Assembly: GCF_004010195.1 (NCBI RefSeq)
Contig: NC_057752.1
Location: forward strand, 7,693,651 to 7,757,650
DNA: 64,000 nucleotides
Source of the DNA: Chiloscyllium plagiosum
Lineage: Eukaryota
Direction of reading: 5' to 3'
Under the pieces are notes generated by a model. That model saw nothing but the letters and a program-made list of their open reading frames with translations. It ran no database searches and was not told the DNA's origin. Shown here piece by piece: positions 11,235 through 22,800 of this stretch. The first letter of the stretch is position 1. The number at the start of each line of letters is the position of its first letter. A program made the position numbers and the translations under genes.

Positions 11235-12976
11235 TTTTACGGACCAGGCCAGACCCCTCAAAACATTTCAAGAAGGTGGCCCAGACCTGAACTTTGCTAT
11301 TTGATTTACATAAGTGTATAGCAGATTTTCCCAGAGAGAATTAGCTGATCAGCCGACTTAGATGTTAAACAAAACAGAATTTATTTAAAAGAGTACGGAA
11401 TGAAACACAAAGAACAGAAAATAGAATACCCAAATAACTTATCCTATAAGACCATAAGACCATAAGACATAGGAGCGGAAGTAAGGCCATTCGGCCCAAG
11501 TCCACTCCGCCATTCAATCATGGCTGATGGGCATTTCAACTCCACTTACCCGCATTCTCCCCGTAGCCCTTAATTCCTTGTGACATCAAGAATTTATAAT
11601 TTCTGCCTTGAAGACATTTAGCGTCCCAGCCTCCACTGCACTCTGCGGCAATGAATTCCACAGGCCCACCACTCTCTGACTGAAGAAATGTCTCCGCATT
11701 TCTGTTCTGAATTTACCCCCTCTAATTCTAAGGTTGTGTCCACGGGTCCTAGTCTCCTCGCCTAACGGAAATAATTTCCTAGCGTCCACCCTCTCCAAGC
11801 CATGTATTATCCTGTAAGTTTCTAGAAGATCTCCCCTTAATCTTCTAAACTCCAATGAATACAATCCCAGGATCCTCAGCCGTTCCTCGTATGTTAGACC
11901 TACCATTCCAGGGATCATCCGTGTGAATCTCCGCTGGACATGCTCCAGTGCCAGTATGTCCTTCCTGAGGTGTGGGGACCAAAACTGGACACAGTACTCC
12001 AAATGGGGCCTAACCAGAGCTTTATAAAGTCTCAGTAGCACAACAGTGCTTTTATATTCCAACCCTCTTGAGATAATTGACAACATTGCATTCGCTTTCT
12101 TAATCACGGACTCAACCTGCATGTTTACCTTTAGAGAACCCTTAACTAGCACTCCCAGATCCCTCTGTACTTTGGCTTTACGAATTTTCTCACCGTTTAG
12201 AAAGTAGTCCATGCTTGTATTCTTTTTCCAAAGTGCAAGACCTTGCATTTGCTCACATTGAATTCCATCGGCCATTTCCTGGCCCACTCTTCCAAACTGT
12301 CTAGATCCTTCTGCAGCCTCCCCACTTCCTCAGTACTACCTGCCTGTCCACCTAACTTTGTATCATCGGCGAACTTCCTCTGTCTTCTGTCAGACAGCCA
12401 ATCCTCAATCCATACCAGTAGCTCACCTCGAACACCATGGGCCCTCACCTTGCTCAGCAGCCTCCCGTGTGGCACCTTATCAAAGGCCTTTTGGAAGTCT
12501 AGGTAGACCACATCCACTGGGTTTCCCCGGTCTAACCTACTTGTCACCTCTTCAAAGAATCCTATCTGAATGCGACAGGCTATCCCAACTTAATGATGCT
12601 GTTCCAAAATACTCGTAACATTCCCAATAAACACCTCTTGGCACAAAAGGTAAAATCAAACAAGGGCTTACAGGCTTGAAGTTAAAGAGAAAGAGAGAGA
12701 GAAAGAAAACCAGGCTGGAAACCTGCTTCCAGCAGCCTTTCTTCACACACATTGTTGCTCAACTGCCAGAACTGCTGAACTGGCCACTCCCCTTTCATTA
12801 TACAAGGTTTTTTTTTACTTGAAAGCATTCTGCCTGAGGCAGTATCTAATAGTTGTAAACAAATGGGCCCTAAAATCTACCCAAACTCTCAGACCTTTCA
12901 GAGTCTGGGCCATTTACAACCACTCTGAAAAAAATTGAGGATGTCATAATTTTGCCAGATAAAGCAGTCCGTCGCA
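11235..12976 (-). mobile_element. Solo LTR (family B) interrupted by a CR1 insertion
   Basis: 11235-11447 plus 12559-12976 align with the LTR at 13301-13948; 4-bp TSD ATAC (11231-11234 and 12977-12980). Confidence 0.8.
11448..12558 (-). mobile_element. Young 5'-truncated CR1 LINE with an internal deletion
   Basis: Near-intact RT C-terminal ORFs (11586-12287, 12197-12547), (GGTCTTAT)n tail, TSD ATCCTAT at 11441-11447 and 12559-12565. Confidence 0.93.
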
Positions 12977-13300
12977 ATACAGTAAATTAGGCACTGGCTG
13001 TCTCCATTGTAAATGTCAGATCTCAATTGAGTGAATACAATGCACCTCACAGCCTACTATCCATGTGACCAGTAGGCATTTATTTTAATTTCAAGAAGGA
13101 ATATTGTTACGCAGTATAAAGGAAAAATGGAAAGTGGTGCAGTGAGAAGAATTTAATATTTAGTTTGCTCTAAATTTCTGTCGACAACAAGTTGAGTACT
13201 GTACTGTGAACATTTCTGGTCTCCATTTGTAAACAAAAATTCAACGGAGAAGCTCAACAAAGGAGTTATTAGTACTATACCCAGGTTGTGAGATTATACC

Positions 13301-15700
13301 TGTTATAGACCAGGCCTAGACCAGGCCCGACCCCTCAAAACATTTTTAAGCACGTAGCTCAGACCGTAACCTTCCTATTTGTTTTAGGTAAGTATATAGT
13401 GGACATTCCTGGAGTGAATTAGCTGGTCTGACTGCTAAGTTTTAAACAAACAGAATTTATTTCCAAAATTAAGGAATGAAACACAAATAACAGAAAATAG
13501 AATATCGGATAACTTATCCTATCCAAACCCAACAGACTATCCCGACTTGATGATGCTGTTCCGAAAATACTTGTAACAATCCCAATAAACATATCCCTTA
13601 GCACAAAGAGTAAAAATGAAACAAACAGGCTTGAAGTTAGATAGAGAGAGTACCCGGCTGGACTTGCCCCACCAGCCTTTCATCACACACACTGCTGCTG
13701 AACTGAATCAAAAGCTCTAATCTAAATGAAGGCTAGCTACACAGTTAGCTGGCCACTCCCCTTTGATTATACCAGTTTTTTTTAAAGACATGAAAGCCTT
13801 AGGCCAGAGGCATTATCTGTTTGGGGTAAACAAAAAGGGCTCCAATAAACCTTTCAAACCCAGCCTAGTTGGAGCCTGGCCAATTACCCCCTCTCTGGAA
13901 AGAAACTCAAGGGCATAGTAACCTTGTAAAAAGACCAGCATTGTGACACCTCCCCCTTAAAAAAATGAACCAGGATTTATTTTCCAAAACCCCAAAAAAT
14001 AGTGGTTAGTACCCTACAACATACATACATATTCACTGACTATAAGCATGCAAACATGCACAACCACATTCGGGTTCAGTCTGTGGTTCTCCACCACCAA
14101 ACGCCTCCATCTCTCATTCGAGTCTTGATAATGCATCAGCAATCATGTTTTCTTGACCAGCCACATGCACAATTTTCAAATTGAATGGCTGTAACAACAG
14201 ACTTCATCTAAACAGTTTGGCATTTTTGTTCTTAAATTTCTCCACAAATTTCGATGAGTTATGATCAATGTATATGATTGTCTCAGATGCGTTGCTGGTA
14301 ATATAAACACTGAAATGTTGTCGTGCCAACACCAAGCTCAAAGTCTCCTTCTCAACTGTTTAATATTTCTGTTGATGAACGTTCAATTTCCTGGAAAAAT
14401 ACCCCAATAGGTCTTTCTATCTTCTCGTTGTTTTCCTGCAGGAGCACAGCACCGACACCCACATCACTCACATCGATAGCCACCTTGAATGGCTTTGTGA
14501 AATTAGGAGTGGCTAATACTGGGGCAGTGGTTAACACAGTCTTTAGGCTGTCAATGCCTTCTGACAGTCTGCTGTCTACTGTAACTTCTTGCCTTTTTTT
14601 ATCAATTTAGTGAGTGGAGCAACCTCACTGCTAAAATTTGGCACTTTTGATAAAATCCATTCAATCCTAGGAACCGTAATACTGCTCTTTTTGTCAACGG
14701 TATGGGAAATCCCCGAATTACTTTTGTTTTCACATCCTGTGGGGCCATTTGTCTGTGTCCAGTAACGTGGCCCAGAAAGGTGACTTGAGCTTTGTCAATT
14801 TCACATTTAGCCAGGTTTACCACCAAGCCTGCCTTCCAAAGTCGATTGAACAAGGCCGATAAATGCTGTAAATGTTCCTTCCATGGGTGACTAAAAAAAA
14901 TCACCAGGTCATCAATGTATACAACACAGTTGGGTAATCTGGCGATGACCTTATTGGTTGGTATCTGAAATGTGGCTGGAGCATTTTTCATACCAAATGG
15001 GCTGACTTTAAACTGATGCAGTTCATTTGGTGTTACAAAAGCTAAAATTGCCTTTGCTCTCTCTGACAAAGGTTTCTGCCAATACCCTCTGAGCAAGTCC
15101 AACTTAGAAATATAAGTTGCTTGTCCCACCTTTTCAACACAGTCTTCCAACCACGGAATAGGATAAGAATCAGTCTTTGTAACTGCATTGACTTTGTGAT
15201 AGCCCACACATAACCTCTGGGTACCATCTGACTTTGACACCATTACTATGGGTGAGCTCCAAACACTGTACCTCACTTAGATTATGTCGTCTTGGAGCAT
15301 ACGTTTTATCTCCTTCTGAACCTGTGCCAACTTCAAAGGGTTATGCCTGTAAGGATGTTGATTAATCGGAACACCATCTCCTATATCTACATCATGCACA
15401 ATTAGTTTACTACTTCCCAGTTTATTTTCGCATATCTCCCCATGTGATAGTAATAACTCCTTCAGGTCATTTCGATTTTTCTCAGGGAGGAAATTCAATA
15501 GTTTATCCCAATTTTTAACAACTTCATCATTGTCCAATTTAATTTGAGGAATCCTCTGAACTTGCTTCTTCCCTCTGTGTTGTAACCATTAACACCTTTT
15601 CCTCCTGCTTTGCTTCCCTGTTGGAGCCTGGCCAATTACCCCCTCTCTGCAAATAACCTCAAAGGCCCAGTAACCTTGTAAAAAGACCAGCATTGTGACA
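13301..15700 (-). mobile_element. Internally deleted Gmr1-like LTR retrotransposon B: full 3' LTR 13301-13948, RT/RNase H remnant ~14110-15600, 81-bp stub of the 5' LTR at 15620-15700
   Basis: TG...CA ends, PPT at 13949-13958, TSD TACC (13297-13300 and 15701-15704), WSSPIVMV/YIDD/DVSDVGVGAVLLQ. RNase H runs directly to the PPT with no integrase after it. Confidence 0.92.
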
Positions 15701-15784
15701 TACCTAGCTGGAAGGACTAAACAGGCTGCTTGAAGACCGATGGCCATAACTATAAGATAATTACTAATCAATTCAATAATGAAT

Positions 15785-16130
15785 TGAGGAAAAACTTATT
15801 TTTCCAAGTAGTTCAAAAGTGGAATCCTAGTTGCGGTTCCACAGTGATTTTAGTGGTGGGTAGGCACTCAGTTGTGAGTAATAACACTTCTGGGTAGAAG
15901 AAGAAACAGAAAAAAAGTGTAATCTGCTACTCCAAGGAGTAGTTGATGCGAATAGCATAGATACATTTAAGGAGAAGCTGGATAAATTCAAGAGGGAGGA
16001 AGGAATAGAGGATATTTTGATGGAATTGGATGACGATGGGTAGGAGGTTGCTAGTGTGGAATACAGATATCAGCATAAATGAATTTGGCTGAATGACCTG
16101 TTTCTGTGCTGTATGCTGGGTATAATTCTG
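15785..16130 (+). mobile_element. Old CR1 3' end fragment
   Basis: GATACATTTAAGGAGAAGCTGGATAAA...GGCTGAATGACCTGTTTCTGTGCTGTA. Confidence 0.6.
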
Positions 16131-16627
16131 CATAATCTCTCTCATCAACAGCTTCAATTCCCTTAAAGTCAAGCTGCAGATGAGGACTTTGGTGCTAGAA
16201 ACAAGCACAAAATCATTCTCAATGTCGAGTGGCACTGTAACAACAAAGACAGATAAGGATGTTCCATTAAACCTTGTCGCATGGCTGTTAGGTGTTTTAT
16301 AAGATGGCTGAGTTGTAGTCTCCCTTAGCTGGATGAAGAAAGATGACTGCAATGGCCAGTAACAAATGAACTCACTTGCTCAGATAACTGCCTCCATTTT
16401 TATTCTAAGCAATCCTGTTGAAAGAGATTTGAAAAAGATGAGTAATGCAAAGCAGGTTAATATCATTTATTTCTGTTACATTACAATAAGATGAAAATGG
16501 TAAGGTTTCTGATGTTATTGGTCTAGCAAGCCATGAAATATTCTTCTTTTTTTTCTAGTTAGGAAATGGAACTCCACTTTGAGTTTCAAGATTCCTATGT
16601 GGGCATTCCAGAACTGGTTTCTCCATA

Positions 16628-17035
16628 GTGCTTGGGAGCCTCCTGTGAAGCGCTTCTGTGATATTTCCTCCGGCATTTGTAGTGGTTTGAATCTGCCGCT
16701 TCCGGCTGTCAGTTCCAGCTGTCCGTTGCAGTGGTCGGTATATTGGGTCCAGGTCGATGTGCTTATTGATTGAATCTGTCAGATTCAATCAATAAGCACA
16801 TCGATCTGGACCCAATATACCGACCACTGCAGCGGACAGCTGGAACTGACAGCCGGAAGCGGCAGATTGAAACCACAAATGCCAGAGGAAATATCACAGA
16901 AGCGCTTCACAGGAGGTTCCCAAGCACTGAGGATGTCACCTAGACAGGGGACGAAACGTCTGCAACACAAATTCCCAGCTCGGCGAACAGAACCACAACA
17001 ACGAGCACCCGAGCTACAAATCTTTTCACAAACTT
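16628..17035 (+). mobile_element. Penelope-like element 3' fragment with a foldback inverted repeat
   Basis: DSINKHIDLDPIYRPLQ resembles a PLE ORF C-terminus. Arms 16628-16778 and 16780-16927. 13-bp TSD TGGTTTCTCCATA at 16615-16627 and 17036-17048. Confidence 0.85.
16924..16963 (+). ncRNA. Minimal type I hammerhead ribozyme motif
   Basis: GCA-CTGAGGA-T-GTCACCT(AGAC)AGGGGAC-GAAAC-GTC-TGC: both core boxes, stem II, GUC cleavage triplet, stem I GCA/TGC. Confidence 0.8.
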
Positions 17036-18039
17036 TGGTTTCTCCATACTTTGGATGTGTCCAGTTCCATATTATTTAAGGGACTGTGCCATGCTGATGG
17101 AAAAAGGTTGCAAAGTTCTTCAAAATGAAAGGACCAGAATAGGTTTTTCTCAAACATTGTGGCAAACAGTCAATTTAAAATTGGTCACTGATTAACACAT
17201 CATAAGTAACATTACTTGTGATCCATTGTTACATGATGTGACATACTTAGAAGTAAAATCATTATGTATATATACTTCCAAAAGGAGAGGCTTATTGCCA
17301 AAACCTGCACCGAGCAGGACAAATGAAAGAGCGCCAAATTTCAAATGATCTCAACAGTTTACACTGCAGGAGAAAAGTGTTCTGATTATTGGCAAATTGA
17401 TTGGCTGAGAAGTTGCCAAGGAGATTGGAACAGGAATTTATCGGCTGCCCGTGCTTTCAGGTAATTCAAAAAAGGGCAATGCCTGAATATGTTCCATTCA
17501 TTTGCCCAGAATGAGTTCCTATTGTGATGTCTGGATTTGAGTGAATGGGGTTTGTGTACTAATGAAACTTTAATTTATTTTAGATGATTTGTGACATAGC
17601 AAGTAAATAAGGGAGCCTCAAAGATTTGTTAAAGGGTTTTGGACTTTTTTTTAATTTGGAGGAAGTGCCCTTGGATAAGAGAGAGAAACTTTTGGTTTCA
17701 CTTTTAACTTTGGGTAGTGCTTTTAGTCCTGTGAAGATCTTGGAATAGGATGGCTGTATAGACCAGTGCTCCTAAGAAGGGAATGATAGATTTATTGAAT
17801 TAGATTATCTTGGAGTGAAAAATTAATGTTAGTCCCAGACTGGAAGTGTGGGGATTAAAAACCTGAAAGTGGTCATCGAAGCTGATTGCAATGAAGATCA
17901 AGCGTATGATAGCACTAGAAAGAAGCTATTGCTGTTCTGGTTTAAAAATTTAAATCTTAAGTGACCTAAACCTACCAAAATGTTAGATACAGGGATGCTG
18001 GTATGCGCATTAAAGGAGTGGTGCTTTGAGTACTGTAGC

Positions 18040-18560
18040 ATGAGACCATAAAACAGGAAGCAGAAGTAGGCCATTCAGTCCATCCCGTCTGCTCCCCCAT
18101 TCAATGAGATCATGGCTGATCTAATAATCCTCAACTCCACTTTCCAGGACAAAGCAGTCTACTGGAGCGGCAGCCAAACCACTACTTCAAACATTCAATC
18201 CATCTACCACCAACATACAGAACTTCCAGTGTGCACTATCTACAAGATGCAATGCAGCAAAGTTCCTTCAACAGCATTTTCCAAACTCATTACCTCTCAC
18301 CTTGAACGACAAGGACATCAAATGCATGGGAGCACCACCATTGCAAATTCCCCACACATTTTCCCAACAGAATTATATCACTGTTCCTTCACTACCATTG
18401 GCTCAAAATCCTGGAACTCACTTCCTAATTGCATTGTGGGTCTCCTAAAACACATGGTCTACAGCAGTTCAAGAAAGCAGCTCATCACTACCATCTCAAG
18501 TATACTTAGGCATGGTCAAATAATGCTGGCCTAGCCAGTGATGCTCATGTCTTGTGAATT
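18040..18560. mobile_element. CR1 tail (minus, ~18040-18145) fused to a second-family LINE 3' fragment (plus, ~18145-18560)
   Basis: Similarity to 11448-11540 and to 8800-9210 respectively. Confidence 0.75.
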
Positions 18561-19189
18561 AATTTTAAAAAGAGGACAGATAAGTCAAGGTCAAATATAC
18601 TGAGAATGAAATGCAAGCAAAGGCAGGCTGCTCAAAATAGCGAAATATAAATTATACATCATTGTCTTCAATCAAGATATCTTAATTATTTCTGTATTGC
18701 ACATGATGAATTGTCAACCCTGTGAAACCCACCATGGCAAAAACACATAAAGGAAAAGCCTGATGGTGATCTGGGAGAACTGACTTTGAGAGCACAGTGA
18801 AGTTTAACACATGTCATTGTTAATTATGTAGTGTTGTTTGATTAGTGAAGTATGTGATGATGAGGAGGAGGAGGGATTTGATTTAGTTGTATATTTGTCT
18901 GATTATTGATAAATAATGTTCCATACTGAAGGAAAGAGATGCTTTTTGCTTTCTTTTTCGGCTCGTAAGGTTTATTTTAATAACATAAGTTGAAGCCCAG
19001 GATCTGGGCCCAGCATAAAAATTGCCATCACAGGTAAACCGTAACTTCATTGGTTGGTAATAGCTGCTAGTCTGACTATCTATTATAAATTACTTTCAGA
19101 CTGAAGGTAAAGGGGAGTAAAATTGACAGGTTAAAAACTAAAAGACCAGTAGGAAATTTTGAAGAAACAAATTAAGAACTAAGTAATTA

Positions 19190-19580
19190 GAATAGAGATA
19201 CAGGAGGCAGTGTTGTAAAAGTGTGATGTGGTTGCTGGTGGACTCCATTGTGGTTCATAGTGACTGCACCTACAGCAAGTGTTGGTTGCTTGAGGAACTC
19301 CACCTCAGAGTTCACGAGCTGGAGTTTGAATTTTGAACACTGTGACACATCAGGGAGGGAGAGAAAGAGTTATCTTGATGCTGTGTTTCAGGGGGCAGTC
19401 AGACCCTTTAGATTAAGTACCTCAAATTCAGCCAGGGATAGGAGGGTGTGGTAGAGGGAACCAGGAGGTAGTGCTGACAGAGCCTCAGCCATTGAACTTG
19501 TCTAACAGGTTTGAGATTCTTGCTCCCTGTGCGGATGAGAGTGGGGCTACAGGGAGGATGAGCAAACTGGCCATAGCATT
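19190..19580 (+). mobile_element. CR1 ORF1 (zinc-finger/leucine-zipper region) remnant
   Basis: ...SKCWLLEELHLRVHELE...SYLDAVFQ and EPQPLNLSNRFEILAPC. Confidence 0.65.
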
Positions 19581-20689
19581 CAAGAGGGACGAGAAAATAA
19601 TTATAATACCTGGTACAGTAGGTCTGTCTGTTCTACAACACTACCCAGGGCCCTACCATTAATTGTATAGGTGGAGTGACAGGTAGTGTTGAGGAAGTGG
19701 GAGGCTGCAGAAGGTCCAGAGATCTTAATCTATCTTTATTTCATACTACAATATTATGCTCTTGTTAACTTTTTAAATGCTGGCTGTACTTTGTCACCTT
19801 TAGTCATTGTAATTTACATTGCATCATACATGTTATTTTATGACCATCCTGTCAAAAAGGTGCTTTGCTTAAAGGAGAATAGGTACATATTTATTCGACA
19901 TACATTCTAATTGAAAACTGTTTCTTTACATGAACAGGTGAGACTTCAGAATGAGTTTTTATGTACAGTTGTTAGCTTGATTTATTACAGGATTAGCAGG
20001 GACCAGGTTCACATTTTCAACAAAGGTAGAATAATCAGCATAACTGTTTATTCTGACTGTTCCATAGACTCTTCTGTTAATTATGGAATATCCTGTGGAA
20101 TTCTGTAGGCCAGTTTTGTGCCAATTGTTCTAAATCAGAAAGCTGCTATTATAACTGACAATTTCAGTATGGATGGACAAGTAATATCAATGCCATTTAA
20201 GGATACTGTTTCAAATAGTATTTATAAATCGTATTTATTTAATAGAAACAGTCTCAAAGGTGTCTGTTTTATTTACCAAAAAAAGTATTAGCAAGCATCT
20301 AGTGTATTATATGATGTCTGCAAAATTACTGTATTCTGTTCTGTACATTCACTAATACAAAATGTCAGCTTACAGCACTATCACACCCACTGGACTTTAC
20401 AGTCTCCTGCTATCAGTCTGTATAATATGCCCAATGCTAAGAACTCAATTGGCTCATTGTTTTCAAGCAGTGTGTATCCAAAATAATCTATAGACCTCAC
20501 AAAAAAAAATTAATATAGCTTATAGCATTTTCATTTGAATGTACAATCAGGGTGGTACAATTATGCAGCATGTTGGAATACAATGCATGTCTACAGAGTG
20601 GTTGGACATTGCTTTGCACTTTTGATTCTTCATCCCAACTCTCTCTCACACACACACTTGTTCAATGATACATAAAGTATAGCTTTAAA

Positions 20690-21195
20690 GTTTTCAGATA
20701 ATACATAACAGTGAGGAGGATAATAGCAAATTTCAGAAGGACATAGGCAGACTGATAAAATAGACTTGTACATGGTAAATTAAATTTAATGTAGAGAAGT
20801 ATGAACTGATGTATTTGGGTACTAAAAATAAAGCGAGGCAATATAAATTCAATGGTCCTGTTTTAAACAAAGTGCAGGAACAGAAACATTTGGGGTAGGC
20901 ATTCGCAAATCTTTGGATGTGTTAGAACAAATCAATAAGAACACATGGGACAGAGGCAGAGAGTGAAAAATAAAAGTTATGCTAAAACTTTATGTAACAC
21001 TGTTTTGGCTTCAGCTGGCATATTGGGTCCAATCCTGCTCACCACACTTTAGTAATGTTGTTCAGGCCTTGGAGAGGATGCAGAGTCAATTTACTACAAT
21101 TTTATAAGGAATAGGGGACTTAGTTATGTGGAGAAATTCGAGAAACTGACATTGTTGTCCTCAGCACATAGGAGGTTAAGGAGATATTTAATGGA
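20690..21195 (+). mobile_element. Old CR1 RT fragment
   Basis: KFNVEKYELMYLG...LKLYVTL...ALERMQSQFT...RRLRRY-like decayed motifs. Confidence 0.7.
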
Positions 21196-21309
21196 GCTGG
21201 AAGACTTGATTCATCTAGAAATGCATGAGATAGACAAAGCATATGTTTACATTTGTTTTTCATAGCTCATTATTCCTAGTCAGGAGCCTAAATCCAGAGG
21301 CTGTAGTTT

Positions 21310-21525
21310 GAGGACTATCACACTGTATCAAGTGTGGCTGACTGTGGAGTCTCTGCCCCTCTTACCACCTGTCATTGGTGTGTTGGAAGGATTTGTAGGT
21401 TGATAATCAACCTGTTTGGCTGTGTTAGAAATACGTCTTCTGTGGCCTTCAAGTTTTGCAGTGGGAGTTAACTCCAGAGCTTCTACTTCAGAGGCAGGGA
21501 TGCTACCTACTGCACCACAAGACTT
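21310..21525 (-). mobile_element. tRNA-head SINE fragment
   Basis: Minus strand GTCTTGTGGTGCAGTAGGTAGCATCCCTGCCTCTGA... with A/B-box-like head; related copy at ~42765-42865. Confidence 0.55.
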
Positions 21526-21825
21526 CTCTCACATCACAAATGTGATGGGTGAATAACCTCCTTTTCTCATGGATGAATCCATGATTAAGCTTTCTTCTGA
21601 TACCAGATTTTCTGTTACACTTGTGCAGGAGCCACACTGCACAGTCATATCTCTACCACTTGTAGCAGTTACTTACTCCCTTTAACTCATGGGATAAATT
21701 CAGGATTCAATGACCTGGCATTGATTTTTTTATATATACCCTATAGTTGAATACTGCAGTAATAACAAATATTTAATGTCAATGCAAAGCATCATGCTGG
21801 CTCAGCATAGACTGTCCAATTTGTG

Positions 21826-21958
21826 GGGTATAGGGTTTGCTCGCTGAGTTGTAGGTTTAATATCCAGACGTTTCATTACCTGGCTAGGTAACATCATCAG
21901 TGGCGACCTCCAAGCGAAGCTGTTGTCTCCTGCTTTCTATTTATATCTTTCTCCTTTT
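21826..21958 (-). mobile_element. Short Penelope-like terminal fragment
   Basis: 13-bp TSD TGTCCAATTTGTG (21813-21825 and 21959-21971); contains a hammerhead core. Confidence 0.8.
21864..21903 (-). ncRNA. Minimal type I hammerhead ribozyme motif
   Basis: Minus strand CCA-CTGATGA-T-GTTACCT(AGCC)AGGTAAT-GAAAC-GTC-TGG. Confidence 0.8.
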
Positions 21959-22199
21959 TGTCCAATTTGTGTTTCTTTTTAACCGCGGAACCCACCTGCT
22001 AACAGCAGTGGTGCAGTATCCAAGCGGTATATAAGTTGAAGTAACCTTTCACAAGGATGATGCTTGAAAGAACTCAGGCAAGCCTTAAATTAACAATCAG
22101 AGGAAATACTGACAACAGTTACACATCTTTTTTAAAACTTCAGAAATGTCACCAACTTGAGGTTAATGAATGGAGCAGGCTACATTTTCAATTAAATAG

Positions 22200-22800
22200 A
22201 TAGAAAATAGACTGTTCTCTTTGGAGGAGAAGATTGAGAGCAGCTTTGATTGACAGGTTCAAAATCATTAGGGGTCTGGACAGAGTTCTTAAGGCAAAAC
22301 TGTTCCCATTGACAGAAGAATTAAGAACTAGAGGAATGATTTCAGATGATTGACAAACGGTCACGGTGACATGAGAAGCCTTTACACAGCAAATGGTTAG
22401 AATCTGGAATGTGCTGTCTGAGTATGGTGGAGGCTGGTTCAATCAAGGTATTCAAGTGAGCATTGGATCATTATCTGAAAAGGAAAAATGTCCAAGGTTA
22501 CAGGAAGAATGGCTTCTTCCTGCACTGTAACAGTTCTGTGATTTTGTGGTACATCTAGTTCAGTACAGGTGCCTAAATCTGCATTTAGCCAGTTAAAGAG
22601 AAGTAAACAGGTGGGAGCCATTCAACTCTTTGAGCCCACGCTCTCATTCAATGCAGATATGGTTGATTTTCTACTTCAACACCATTCTCCTGTACTATCC
22701 CTGTAACCCTTGTTTTTTTTTTCAAATCTATCGATCTCTGTCTTGAATATACTGAATGTTTGAGCTCTTTCCATGGCTGTCTGAGGTAAAGAATTCAATA
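22200..22800. mobile_element. Two tail-to-tail CR1 3' fragments (plus ~22200-22545; minus ~22595-22800)
   Basis: RRRLRAALIDRFKIIRGLDRV...VRIWNVL; reverse-oriented CR1 tail motif. Confidence 0.7.

Noticed and set aside
11446..11470. Short tandem repeat (ATAAGACC)n
   Set aside because: Ordinary CR1 3' tail, not a CRISPR array or satellite.
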